NCBI GenBank assembly: GCA_964016885.1
Contig: OZ024741.1
Span: 324,694,001 to 324,758,000 of the forward strand
Origin: Eledone cirrhosa
Taxonomy: Eukaryota
Direction of reading: 5' to 3'
Length of the DNA stretch: 64,000 nucleotides
Positions 40,970-55,789 of this stretch are shown one piece after another (within the stretch, counting starts at the first letter, position 1; every line of letters begins with the position of its first letter). Below the pieces are notes generated by a model. The model did not search any database. It saw nothing but the letters and a program-made list of their open reading frames with translations, and was not told the origin of the DNA. The position numbers and the translations under genes were made by a program.

Positions 40970-41388
40970 GGCAGGACAGATAAAATGTTGGACAAAATAC
41001 TTTGTGGCATTTAGTTACAGTCCTTTATGTTCTGAGTTCAAGCTGGCTGAAGTCAACTTTGCCTTTCTTCCTTCTGGGTGGAAAAAATAAAGTACAAACC
41101 AAGTACTAGAATTGATTTAATCAACTTGCCCTTATTCTAAAATTGCTGGGCTTGTGCCTGAATTAGAACCTATTAAGGATGGAGCATTGAAAGAATTGGA
41201 AGGGTATCAGATAAAATGTCATTGTGGTATTTGTTCTGGAGCTTTACAGTCTGAGTTCAAATCTCATCAGTGTCAAATTTGCTTTTTATCCTTCCAAGGC
41301 TGATTAAATATAGTACTGGGGTTGATTTAACCAACTTTGCCTTTCCCCTAAATTTGCTGGCTTTGTACTAAAATTCAAAATCAATATT
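40970..41388 (+). mobile_element. Two tandem degenerate tRNA-derived SINEs
   Basis: Two ctgagttcaa..actttgc.ttt..aaattgctgg.cttgt..aattagaa units. Confidence 0.7.
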
Positions 41389-41912
41389 GAGATGTTGGGC
41401 TGGAGCAAGAAATAATGAACTAAGATCTCAAGTTCAAATAAATTCAAATTCTATCAGAAAAGTTCTTTTCCTTAATCAAAATAGTCAACATTGTTTTGGG
41501 AATTGTTATTGATGTTGATCTTATTGTTACTGTTTTCATATATTCTTAAAGTGATATTCAGTAATTTGAACAACAAAATAACTGAGTACAGATTCTTTTT
41601 TCATTTTGTTTTATTTCCACTTTTTGTTTTCTAATTGGGACTTAAACATTTTATTAAGAAATTGTAAAACTCAAATATTAGCTATTAAAAGAGACTTTGT
41701 CACTAGACATTAATGGATGAATTCAACTTTTTAGAATAGGTATACTGTATGCATTTAATATTTACTACTGTGGGCATTGAACTGTAAAAATCCCATCCAA
41801 ATTTACAGTCCCATCAGAGCAAGGTATGGTGTGGCCAATCTTGGCCAGCCTTGTCTCTCGCAAGGACAACCCATCTGGTCCATGTAGGCATGGAAAAATG
41901 GACATTAAACAG

Positions 41913-41949
<37 letters not shown>

Positions 41950-42242
41950 ATGCAAATGCTGCATATATTTAACATTTTCTGAATATGTATAGATGGTGCA
42001 TATACTTAATATGAAATGAATATGCATATACACTGTATATATTTAGATATTTACTAAATAGAAGCAGATGAAGATTTTCACATAATGTGATTATATCTTT
42101 CTAAATTTAAATGTAATATTTGCTTGTAATGTTTTGAAATGTTTGTATCTGCATCCATGGATTGATATAGTTCTTAATTTCGGAAGATCCCATATAAGGT
42201 TGAAAGCAGAAATTGTTTACTTAAACTTTTATTTTGTGCTAA

Positions 42243-42620
42243 TCATCATCATCATCATCGCCGTTTAACCTCCATTTTTCCAAGCTAGCGTGGGTTAGAT
42301 GAGTTGTCCTGTTGTGACAAATGCCAGGTCAGGTGACCATGTCTTGCTCATACGGAAGTAATTTTGGCTTGATTTCAACATCTGGATGCCCTTCCTAATG
42401 CCAACCACATTTACAATGAGTACAGGGTGCTTTTTGTCATGACACCTACATGACCACTTTACAGTGTGGGCTGAGTGCTTTTTGTTGTGAGACATACACA
42501 ACCACTTTACTGTGTGAGGTGGATGCTTTTTGTTGTGACATTTACTTTATAGTGTGGACTGGGCACTTTTTGTCATGTCGCCATCACGACCACTTTACAG
42601 TGTGGGCTGGGGACTTTTGT
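42243..42620 (-). mobile_element. SINE with RTE-like tail and internal tandem repeats
   Basis: Same tail as 40613, with repeated accactttacagtgtgggctg units. Confidence 0.72.
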
Positions 42621-43099
42621 GAGAGAGGTGTGTAGGGATTGGGGTATTTGGATGTGTGGAGGGGTGGAGTATTAGGACATGGGAGGTAAATATGTATGCA
42701 TGTTCTTCTGGTTTCATAACTTTTTTTAATTTTTACCAATAGAGAGAGATTCAGTTTCTAACATAGACAGAAAACTCTCTCATTGGAATTTATATAACAT
42801 CAAGTAGGCAAATATGTGTGTATGTGTGTGTGTGTATGCAGGTATGGATGCTATTGTATGTGTGGATGTGTATATTTTGAGTTATATGTGTGCATGTGCA
42901 TATGTTTTGTATCTGTACATGTATATTGGTATCTGCTGGGCAGGTAACTTTCACTATTGTGCATGCCTTCTTTTCCCTGTCCCATATCATTATATCTGGT
43001 CTGTTATGTTTGCATTTTATTAGGGTTTTGACTGGAACATTCTACCAGTACTCTTTCATATTATATATGTGAATGTCTTCCACATTGCTGTAACTTTTA

Positions 43100-43800
43100 A
43101 TATGTTTATTGTTGGGGCTATCTTCTCTACGAATAGCATTGTATAGTGTTTTGGTCGCTACATCATGCCTCATATGTAGATAGTGCTGCGATGACATCTT
43201 TGGACAGCTGCTTATGACATGGGTGACATCTTCAATGTTAATTTTGTAGAGTCTGCATTTGTTGTCACATCTAGGTGTTTTGCCTGCATCTCATTTCTTT
43301 TGTGAATCAGGTATTTTGTATTGATTTCCTGTTCATGGATTGCAAAAGCATATCCTTCAAAGTGAGAGCCAATATAGTAGTTGTTGGTCTAAGATAGATT
43401 ACTTCGTTTATCTATACTCTCACTCTGGAGCTTCCTTGCAATGTATTCATGCATGAGTTTTTGTTGATAAGCATGCAGTTTTTCATCCATAGATTCACTG
43501 CTTTTTTGATTATCATGCAGGGTGTATCTTTAAGGAGTTTTTTCCCAACTCTCATGGTCTCATCTGTTTCATGCAGACAGACTTGCTCAATAGATGAGCA
43601 CCTATGCTTGGAGGTTCATAGATGTTGTCGGACAGATATAATGTGACACTCAAATGCTGTCTGGACTGATGTTAGAGATCTGCCTACCTGCATAATTTTC
43701 AAGTAGAGGCGGTCTATGTTACTGTTGATATGGAAATTTCTGGTGATTTTTAGGAATTTTCGGGCTTTAAGCCAAATTCACCCTCTTCAATTTGGTTTTG
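43100..43800 (-). mobile_element. R4/Dong-like non-LTR remnant
   Basis: Translation SHFEGYAFAIHEQEINTKYL..CDNKCRL..EDVTHVISSCPKM..Y..RHD matches the CCHC region upstream of the RLE in R4/Dong-type elements. Confidence 0.7.
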
Positions 43801-43829
43801 TGCCAACCCTTACAGAAGGTCATTAATCT

Positions 43830-44250
43830 TGATTAATGACCGAAAAAAAACAATCACGAATACAAGCGGCCGAAATGGGGTTCCTCCAAAGCATCTTTGG
43901 AGTAATGTTACTTGATAGAGTGCATAGCTAGGAGATCAGAGAGTCACTCCAGGTAGAGCCGCTTCTTTTCCAAATTGAGAGATCACAGCTCTGATACTTT
44001 GGACGTGTGGTTAGAATGTCTCAGGAAAGAATTGTTGGACAGATTTTATGGGCAAAACCAACCAGCAGAAGACACAGGGGTAGACCCCGAGCAAGATTGT
44101 TGTATAACATTGATTAGCTTGACTGGTCTCGCTTGGGGATCCAGCCGGATCAGTTGGAGAGAGTTGCTTTTGACAGTACCCACTGGAAGGAGTGTTTGAG
44201 GACTTTTCCCCCATGACCCTCTCAGAAATATGTGGGCAAAGAAGAAGAGA
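43830..44250 (+). mobile_element. RTE-clade LINE 3' remnant
   Basis: SRIQAAEMGFL..RESLQVEPLLFQIERSQL and the tail atgtgggcaaagaagaaga. Confidence 0.85.
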
Positions 44251-44589
44251 ATCAAGGGAATGTACTGTTGTGAATTGCAAGGCAGTGTTTTAGAGAAAAA
44301 TCAACATGTTGTGGTTAGAAGTGCATCCAAAATGACAGTGATGTACTTACCCTCACTAATGTAGAAAAGAAAGAAGCATGGAAGACCTATTATTAGAGAT
44401 TGTTGAATGACAAAATAAGTTGGAGAAAGAAAGCCTACTCCAGGTAAACCAACAGAAGTACAGACCCTTCCCCCACGTTTGCAGCAGTATGGTAACAATT
44501 AGCATAGTGGTAAGTTTAGCAGACAGGTGGGGTTCCTTCTGTTTTTATTGTGTTCTAGGCCATAATGGGTTGCTTGTGGGAACACCTTT

Positions 44590-45480
44590 ATCTGGATGAC
44601 TTAGTACATAGATGAACCTACAGTGGAATTAGAGAACAAATTTCAAATCTGGAAACAAAAGGCCCCAAAGTCAACTTAGCAAAGACTTAACTTTTAGTAA
44701 TTAGGAAAGGTGTCATGGTGTTGATTCCAGGAAGGAATTTGTCATGTTCAATATGCAAAAAAGGGGTTAGTAGATATTTCATACACTACACAAAATATAA
44801 ATAATGGGTTCACAAGAGATGTATCAGGGTCTTGGAGAGGTTAAAAAAGTATGTAGACTTTGTATGTGTCAGATGCACAGAACTAGTAAACTACAAGAGC
44901 TTACGTGAAACAGGCTCTGTCAAATGTTCAGACGTATTTCTAGAAGTAGCTGTCAATTTCTGTTACCTAGGTAACTGAATCAGCTGTGATGGTGGATGAT
45001 CTGAAAGTTCTGCAGCTAGAATGAGAACCAGGTGGAAAAAGGTCAGAGAGCGACTACAAAAAAGTTCTGCTCTAGAATAAAAGGTGAACTGCATGGAAAT
45101 GAGACTTAGGTGTTGAATGCAGAAAATCTGTGAAGATTGGAAAGAAACAAGATACGCATGCTCCAATTGATGTGTAATAGACGTGTGCATGAACAGTGAA
45201 GCTTTTACAAACTGAGAGAAAATCTATTCATCAGAGAGATTAGATGCAGTGTACATGAGAGAAGATTGTGTTGGTATGGTCATGATATACATATAGAATG
45301 ATATCTGCATGAAGATGTGTAGGAGACTAACTGTCAATGGAACATGTGGAAGACGAAGATGATGTGGTGAAGGCTAAACTCGTGCAGCTGAATCTCACAA
45401 AAAATATGACACAGGATCAAGTTGACTGGTGAGATGCCATACGATACAAGATTTACATTTCCATGCAAGTGGTTTGAAAC
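44590..45480 (+). mobile_element. RTE/BovB-like LINE remnant
   Basis: Decayed CSIC.KGV..I....WVHKRC and LEV..NFCYLG..ISC.GG..ESSAARMRTRWKK.RE motifs. Confidence 0.6.
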
Positions 45481-46659
45481 GAACACGAAAAGGGCAGAAA
45501 AGTTACACAATGTTTAGGACCCTTGGCTGCAAACAGGCATTCCATAGCCCCCCACATCTCTTGCGTACACCATAATCTCCCATTTCATATCTCTTCCTTT
45601 CATTATCTAAGTATTCGTCCACTCCCACATTTATTCTTCCTTCCTCATCTAAGCCATTCCTCCATTGAAATATCTGCCCCACACATCTACATCCACGATT
45701 CACATTTCTCGTTCAAGCCATGCCAACATGAAAAGACGGACATGCTTAATCATATACAGCTAGAGGTAACTCACTCTCTTGAAGTCCACCTCCTTGATTG
45801 AACTTCCACGAAAAGATAACCCCACATCCTCCAGCAAGCAGCATATACTCATCACTACCTCCACTGCCAAGCCAAGGACACAACGAGTACCCAACCTTCT
45901 TTGTAAAGAGGTAGTGCTGGTATCCCGATAAAAGGCTACCCCCACTCTGTAACCTGGTAGTGTTGGTGCCTCGATAAATTACCACCACCCACTTTGTGAA
46001 GTGGTAGTCGTGGTGCCACGATAAAATGCACCCATTCCATCCCCAAAAGTTCAGGTTCGGTGACAAAAAAGTATCTCGTCCACTCTGTAATGTGAAAATT
46101 CTCCCAGTACACGTTGCAAAGTGATTGGAGTTAGAAAGAGCACCCAACCGTAGAAAATCAAGCTAAAAATGGAACGTATGAGAAAGACGTGGTTACGTGA
46201 CTGGTCTAACCTCAGAAACAAGGATGTTAAACAGTGATGATAATGGCGATAATGAATCATGAAATTTTAAATTTACGAAAAAAATATTTCATTCAAATTT
46301 GAAACAGAATGTTATATTATATTATATCGTATTATTTATTTATTTGTAATAGCACAGGTGTGATAATTTTGTGGCAACAATGTTGAATACAAGTGATCGT
46401 CAACTTTCAGGTAAGGGACGTAACTTAGTTTTGTCAGGCTAATGCAGAGTTATGTACCTTGATCAAGCGAGACGCGGCTAAGACTTGTAAATTCTGCTTC
46501 TCATAACTTGTTCATGCATTAGTACAAATATAGAGAACCTCAAGTATCTGACAGGTACTTATTTTACTGTTCTCACGGAAGGAATTGAAATGGGAAGTAT
46601 TATATAACAAACTGGAAATACACTTTTGTCACTCCACCGCTAAAATAACAATTATTATT

Positions 46660-46851
46660 GCGGTGGATTGGCAGTATCGGTAGAGAGTCGGACACCATGC
46701 TTTGAGGCATAGAGTTACGTCCCTTTACGATCTGAGTTCAAATTCCGCCGAGGTTAACTTTGCCTTTCATCCTTACGGGGTCGATAAAATAAAGTACCAG
46801 TAATGTACTTGGTATTTGCTGGCCTTGTGCCTAACGTAGAAACAATTATTA
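46660..46851 (+). mobile_element. tRNA-derived SINE (best-preserved copy)
   Basis: gcggtggattggcagtatcggtagag..gagttcaaattccgccgaggttaactttgcctttcatcc..gtcgataaaataaagtaccag..tgctggccttgtgcctaa. A second degenerate copy lies at 46902-47096. Confidence 0.88.
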
Positions 46852-47492
46852 AATAAATAAAGAAAGAAAGAAAGAAAGGAGTTAGTATATCATTCACTTA
46901 GGGTTGTGCGTTGGTAGAATCTTGAGAACGTTGGATAAAATGCTAAGTGGCATTTAGTTACGACCTTTTAGCTTCTGAGTTGAAATCTCGCCGATGTCAA
47001 CAAAATAAAGCAACAATCAAAATACTGGTGTCGATATGATCGACTTCACCACCTTTAAACATTGCTGGTGATGTCACTAAATTAGAAACCATTATTGTAT
47101 TTATTTGTCACAAGGGAGCCGAGTGCAGGTCATATTATAAGGACCAGTTACATACGCACGATAATTGGAATATATATATATATATGCTCTCAAGACTTGA
47201 ATAATCGTCTCCCCCGGCTTTTATTCCACCCCTCCTCCGCTTATTAAATTTTGCTAATCTATCTCCAGCGAATATTTATTGTAAGTTATTCATATCAATA
47301 CAACTGGAGAATCTAATAATTATTTTATTTTAAATAAAAAACACATATATGACAAAAAAAGAACATTACAAGAAATCACATATTTATCAACATACACTAT
47401 ACAATTACCGATCCCCCACTTATAAGAATTTAAGCAAATGTCCAACCCCCACCTCCACTTATTCCAAACCCCTTGTTATTTGAGCCCCGAGA

Positions 47493-47563
<71 letters not shown>

Positions 47564-47574
47564 TATATATATAT

Positions 47575-48000
47575 AGAAAAGCTTCTACAGGACTAGAACT
47601 GTCTCATTCGTGAGAAATCATCAGGAAGATGACTGTCCAAGTAAATGTGGTGGTATTTATATCTTTTCTGGTGGTAGGAGAGAGTAGGGATTGGGATGGG
47701 TGGAGGTCATTGGTTGATGGGTTTAAAGAAAGGGGAATTCATTAAAAGCTAATTCTTTAAAGCTATAATTTATATTAAGAGTGACAAAGGCAGAAAGAAT
47801 ACTGTAAACAGGTTCAAATTGGAATACCAATCCTTGTTTTTAAGTATATTTTAAACTAACAAAGCCTGTATGTCAGGGGTCTACAGGATGGGTGGTCTTC
47901 ATTGGTTTAAAGAAAAGGGAATTCTTTAAAAGCTAATTCTTTAAATCTGAATTTAGGGTGACAAAGGCAGAAAGAATTCTATAAACAGGTTCAAGTTTGG
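47575..48000 (-). mobile_element. PLE 3'-end relic with degenerate hammerhead and internal duplication
   Basis: Minus strand CTGATGA-TTTC.TCAC.GAAT-GAGAC at about 47600-47625. 47721-47820 is duplicated at 47904-47996; the relic ends in (TA)n. Confidence 0.5.
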
Positions 48001-48124
48001 GGTGCTTCCCCTTATTGTGAAGTTTCTCTTAAGCTATGTTCCTGGTGTCGGCAAGCACATTCACACACGCACGCACATACATACACACACACGCACACAC
48101 ACATACGCAGCGATGTATCCATGA

Positions 48125-48452
<328 letters not shown>

Positions 48453-48536
48453 TTATATATATATATACATATATATACATTTATATATATATATATACAT
48501 ATATATACATTTATATATATATACATATATATATTA

Positions 48537-49735
48537 CAGGGAAAAATGCGGGCGCATGTAAAGAAATATTCTTAAATTAATAAACCTAGAAAAGTAAAAG
48601 ACAAGTTATTACACCTGGAAAAGTAAAGGACAAGAAAACTTCTTAAAACTTCTTAAAATATTGCAGCTATAGTATAAATTTGAATAATAAAAAATATTTG
48701 ATTTAAATATACATAGAAAGTGATAAATTCTAATAATACAGTTGACTCTCTAATTGATAATAATACTAATTTATGATCATTTATTTAATTTTGTGATCCT
48801 AATTTACACCATAGTGGTTGGGTCATTAAATAAATATACTTTATTTTACTTTACTAAATGGGACTGAAAAAATGAGTGACAATTATAAACATCAAATAAA
48901 ACAAAATTTTGGCGTGTAAATGACACTAACAATTAATTAATAATTAATTAGGGAGCCAACTGTAATGATAAATAATAACAAATTATAATTGTTTAATAAT
49001 GAAATTTAAGACCTGTCAGAGATCAAAATAACCAATCTACATTTTTAGGTAGAGTAAAATTAGACTACAATTAAAAATTAAACATTGTCTAATTCAACAG
49101 TTCATCTAATGAATTGATGAATTCATTATAATTGATTGATTCACTATAATTGAATAATTGATGAATTGACTTTTACCTAATTTTGCCCCTTGAGATGCTG
49201 AATTTTACTATATTATTAAAAAAATCTGTAATACTCATAAAAAGTGCAATTATATGATGCACTGTTTTTGATTTATTTTACTGCATTATTTTATAACTAA
49301 ATTTTTAAAAATATAATTTGATTAAGAGTGAAAATTTTTAAATATCTTATAACATAAATTAATAAATTGTACATATTAATTGTTATTATTATTAATTAAT
49401 TATTGTACAAATTATTGTACAAATTTTATTTTAAAAAGATTAATTTGTATATACCAAGAAAAAAATTAAGTATACAGTAGTCAACTCTCCCTATAAGACA
49501 GTCATTTTTCCAGTCCTTTAAAGTGATATTTTTTTAACAATTAACTTATAATTATTTATTTTTAGTTTTATAATCTAAATTTTTTTTTTCAAATTTAGAC
49601 TTTAGCTGCAATATTTTAAGAAGTTTTAAGAAGTTTTCTTGTCCTTTACTTTTCCAGGTGTAATAACTTGTCCTTTACTTTTCTAGGTTTATTAATTTAA
49701 GAATATTTCTTTACATGCGCCCGCATTTTTCCCTG
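48537..49735. mobile_element. MITE / non-autonomous DNA transposon with about 133-bp TIRs and TA flanks
   Basis: TA|CAGGGAAAAATGCGGGCGCATG..TTGCAGCTA (48537-48669) is an almost perfect reverse complement of 49603-49735|TA. The interior is AT-rich and non-coding. Confidence 0.88.
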
Positions 49736-49860
49736 TAATCCACTTTTTTTCCAGGCAATGCAAGGATATTATATTAATATTAATAAAAATATTTATCAAC
49801 AAATAAGTTAAATAATAATAATAAATAATAATGAATAGGAAGAAGTGCAGATAGGAAAAG

Positions 49861-49933
49861 TAATCAGGGTGGGAATCGAACCAACGACCTTCGAATTGCC
49901 GGTCTGCTGCTCTACCGACTGAGCTACCTGACC
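49861..49933 (-). tRNA. tRNA-like sequence (pseudo-tRNA or SINE head; apparent anticodon GGC)
   Basis: GGTCAGG-TA-GCTCAGTCGGTAGAGC-A-GCAGA-CCGGCAA-TTCGA-AGGTC-GTTGG-TTCGATT-CCCAC-CCTGATT-A. The acceptor and D arms pair and A/B boxes are present, but the anticodon stem is broken. Confidence 0.7.
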
Positions 49934-50319
49934 ACAATTCGCTATTGCACAATCTATCACTATTTTAATGTATTAGAAATTAGAAACAAACTAAGCGTTA
50001 CTTATGTATGTAGTTCCTTACACTCTTTTGGTCCTCACTTATTTTTATGTAACTCTTTTTTCTACTGAACCAAATTTCAATATTTTTATGTCAAAAAGTA
50101 GCTTATCTGTGGTCCTATAAAGTGAAAAAAACCGCATCCAATTCTATCAAAAATTGAATTAGTGACAAAGCTTTGAAGGTGTCGCGAGTGACCGAAATGG
50201 GACCTTAAGAATATTATACACCTACTACCGTAGGTGTATGATACATATATATATATACATATATATATACATATATATATACATATATATACATTTATAT
50301 ATATATATACATATATATA

Positions 50320-52075
50320 TATTTCGTTTCTGAATTTGTTTAGCAAGATTCTTTATCTGAAAACGTGTGTTGAAACCGATATTGTTATACTTTGGGAGGG
50401 TCATGTTGCCAATAAGAAACACACGCAGCAGTTGCTTTCACTTCAATTTATTATAATAAATTTATAAATATAGGAATTTATAAATTTCTGGTTGGTTGGT
50501 TGGTTCCACAACCAAATGATTGTTTATATATTGTCAAAGTTCTTTCGTCACACATTCTGTGACCTCTTCAGTGACTGGGGATGCTTTTCTTTGTTTTTGT
50601 GCCTCTCCTTTGTTCTGTCCTACGCCATCTTGTTTTTGTGTGTGTTGTGTGCTTATTTTGCGCATGTGTTACATCCGGGTGTCTTTGTGTGTTTATATTT
50701 GTTTATTTACATGTTACTGGTTGGTTGTTTGTTCTATGTGCGTGTGTGTTTTCATTTTGTCCTTAATTGTAAGTTGTGATGTTGCTGTTCCATTCATGTT
50801 TTCTATTTAATTTTGGTTGGAGTTCATTTATGTTTATTGCCTCTGTGATTTGTCTAAACATTGCGTCTTTTCTGTGTGTAGATTCTATTTTTATTTCTAT
50901 GCTCTCTAATTTACCCTTATGTGCTATTTTAGCATGTTGGTAGAGTACAGATGATTTTTTACTATCTTGAAGGTCTCGCCAGTGTTCATTTATCCGTTCC
51001 CCTATACTACGAGCTGTCTCACCTATGTACACTATATTCTTATCTCTACATTGTCCTTCAGTACATCTTATGCTATATACTACATTTCTAGCTTTACAGT
51101 TAATATGGGGACTTAATTTACAGATTATACATTTCTTATCTATACAGGGAGGTCTTTGAAAAGGATATGTATTGCTAATAAGTGTTTTTATGGAGGTACC
51201 TGGTCTTTCTACTATCTTAATATTGAGTTTATGTTTATCTAGGGCCCTTCTAAATTTGTAAGCTAATTCACCTCTAGGGGTTGTATCGATGAACATTACA
51301 CTCTGGTATTTATTGCTATCATACCATGAGTTTATTCTATTAACCTCATTCCTAGTTCTTTCTATTCTATTCCAAAATGTTGCTCCTATACAAGGGGCAG
51401 GTCCCATTTGTGTCATTATTTACCATTTTTTCCCATTTGGCTCTGGCTCCTCTATATACTCTGATTTTATCTCTCTGATTGTAGCCAGAGAATTGCATAC
51501 GGTGGATGAAGTGTTGTATGTGTCTCTCTAGTTATTTGAGGTTGCACATGCGGGACACGTTTCTCATCACCCGTACCAAATCCGCAATCAGTATGTTGAT
51601 TTTGGTGTGGTCCGAAACAGCTGAGTTTCGGTGGATCAGATATTTGGAAGTCATGGCTTTGGCATAATGGGAATGAAGGATTTTTTTTTTGTTATTAATG
51701 GTATCTAACCAGAGCTCTCTGTCTAGTACAGGTAATCGATGGTTGGGGTGTTTGCTTGGGTAGTCTATAGTAACTCTAATACTCTGGTCGATGGAGTTAG
51801 CTATTTGCTGGATGCTTTCCATGGTGTTTTTCTCTAATTCCTGACTGTTCTCTAGTGGGGTGTTTTTACTACGATGTTTATATCATCAAAGTAGCGGGAG
51901 TACATTATCAGGGTTAAGGGGTCTTCTAATTGTTCTTTAGGTTTAAGTTTAAGTCTACTGTCCCACCATACCATGAATAGGTTAGCTACGTCGCCTGTAA
52001 TGCTAACACCAATGGCTGCTCCTTCCTCTTGGGCATATGATTTTCCATTAAATTTGAACATATGTTCCTTAAGGG
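50320..52075 (-). mobile_element. Naiad-like Penelope element, 5'-truncated (family A)
   Basis: RT QEEGAAIGVSITGDVANLFMVWWD..YSRYFDD..DYPSKHPNHRLPVLD. Linker CIDKKCIIC..C and GIY-YIG NVVYSIRC..C..YIGETARSIGERINEH. The 3' UTR has a hammerhead and ends in (TA)n. Confidence 0.9.
50533..50575 (-). ncRNA. Minimal type I hammerhead ribozyme motif
   Basis: GTCA-CTGAAGA-G-GTCACA-GAATG-TGTGAC-GAAAG-AA-CTT-TGAC: stems I, II and a short stem III can form. Confidence 0.72.
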
Positions 52076-52224
52076 TAAAACTAGCCCTTAAGGAACATAT
52101 GGCAGATCTCACACAATGCAGCCTCGACAGATGATTATGGCTGACAACTGATGCAACCAAGACACCATAGTGAAAAACCAATATATGGAACATTATATTA
52201 TGTAACATTCTCTCATTATTTTAA

Positions 52225-54388
<2,164 letters not shown>

Positions 54389-54424
54389 ATTATATATATA
54401 TTTATATATATTTATATATATATT

Positions 54425-54459
<35 letters not shown>

Positions 54460-54496
54460 ATTTATATATATATTTATATATATACATATTTATATA

Positions 54497-54558
<62 letters not shown>

Positions 54559-54670
54559 GTGAGTTTTTTTTTTACAAAATGAAAAATAGCCGAGGTGTCC
54601 TACACGAGTGAAAGTATAAAGAAAAAAAGATGAAATCGAAAATGCAACTGGAGTCTTATTTAAAAAAATA

Positions 54671-54850
54671 TGTATATATATTTATTTGGTTCCTTTACCG
54701 GTTTCGCAGTTCTTCAAAAGTAGATTTGAGATGGCGGTTCTGTCGTTTTTATCACATGTGAGAAAAAGCACAGACCCTCCATCTCAACTCTACTTTTGAA
54801 AAGCAGAAGAACTGCGAAACCGGTATAGGAACCAAATAAATATATATATT
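54671..54850. repeat. Long imperfect palindrome between TA tracts
   Basis: Centred on tcacatgtga (54752-54761). The arms include GAAGAACTGCGAAACCGGTA, a hammerhead-like remnant. Confidence 0.85.
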
Positions 54851-54862
54851 TTGTTAAAAATT

Positions 54863-54983
<121 letters not shown>

Positions 54984-54984
54984 C

Positions 54985-55620
54985 TATATGTGAGATCTGC
55001 CTATGGGTAACAAGATGGCCATCTTGTTACCCATAGGCAGATCTCACACAATGCAGCCTCGACAGATGAATACTGCTTGATTATGGCTGACAACTGATGC
55101 AACCAAGACACCATAGTAAAAACCAATATATGGAACATTATATTATGTAACATTATCCCATTATTTTAATTTGTATTCCTTTGAAGTTCCGATGAGCCAC
55201 TCTGTTTTTTAAATATGTTAATTATTTTCAACTGAACCAGATCAATTATGATATATAGTCATCTGATCCAGAAATATTATATGGAGTAGCGAAACAATTG
55301 TAAACGGACATTATTATTATTAATATTATTATTATTATTCTCTACATTCCTTACATCAAACTAAAATATGTTGACAATCTTTTAATAATGTCTTCCTTGT
55401 GAAATTTGTGGTCTTGTTTTGCTTAACTAATGAATATTTCCAGCTCTGCGCACCTAACTTCTACATGAACCCAGCCACCTAGCTGCTTTCTACTGCATAT
55501 TGCACATTGAGCACATATGCCTTTACGCTTTGGCTTCTAACTAACTCACCAATCTCTCCTCTCATATCTCCTCTACTATCCCCATCTCTCTCTTTAAGAT
55601 TGGTTACTCTTGAACTGTGT
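54985..55620 (+). mobile_element. Non-coding PLE-end-like element with terminal 60-bp palindrome and hammerhead
   Basis: Perfect palindrome at 54989-55048 and hammerhead motif at 55186-55305, flanked by (TA)n on both sides. Confidence 0.6.
55186..55305 (+). ncRNA. Hammerhead motif with extended stem II (core variant CCGATGA)
   Basis: GTT-CCGATGA-GCCACTCTG..(long insert)..TGGAGTAGC-GAAAC-AATT-GTA-AAC. Confidence 0.6.
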
Positions 55621-55625
55621 ATATT

Positions 55626-55682
<57 letters not shown>

Positions 55683-55695
55683 ATATTTATATATA

Positions 55696-55789
<94 letters not shown>

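Noticed and set aside
42400-42620. Repeat-spacer-like units (accactttacagtgtgggctg) as a CRISPR array
   Set aside because: Eukaryotic context, degenerate tandem repeats internal to a SINE, no unique spacers and no cas genes.
50513-50665. APOBEC-type G>A hypermutation of the minus copy as the alternative explanation
   Set aside because: The A-rich copy retains the conserved hammerhead GAAA also seen in family B, and the context (avoidance of 5' G) fits ADAR acting on the other copy. It is not formally excluded without a consensus.
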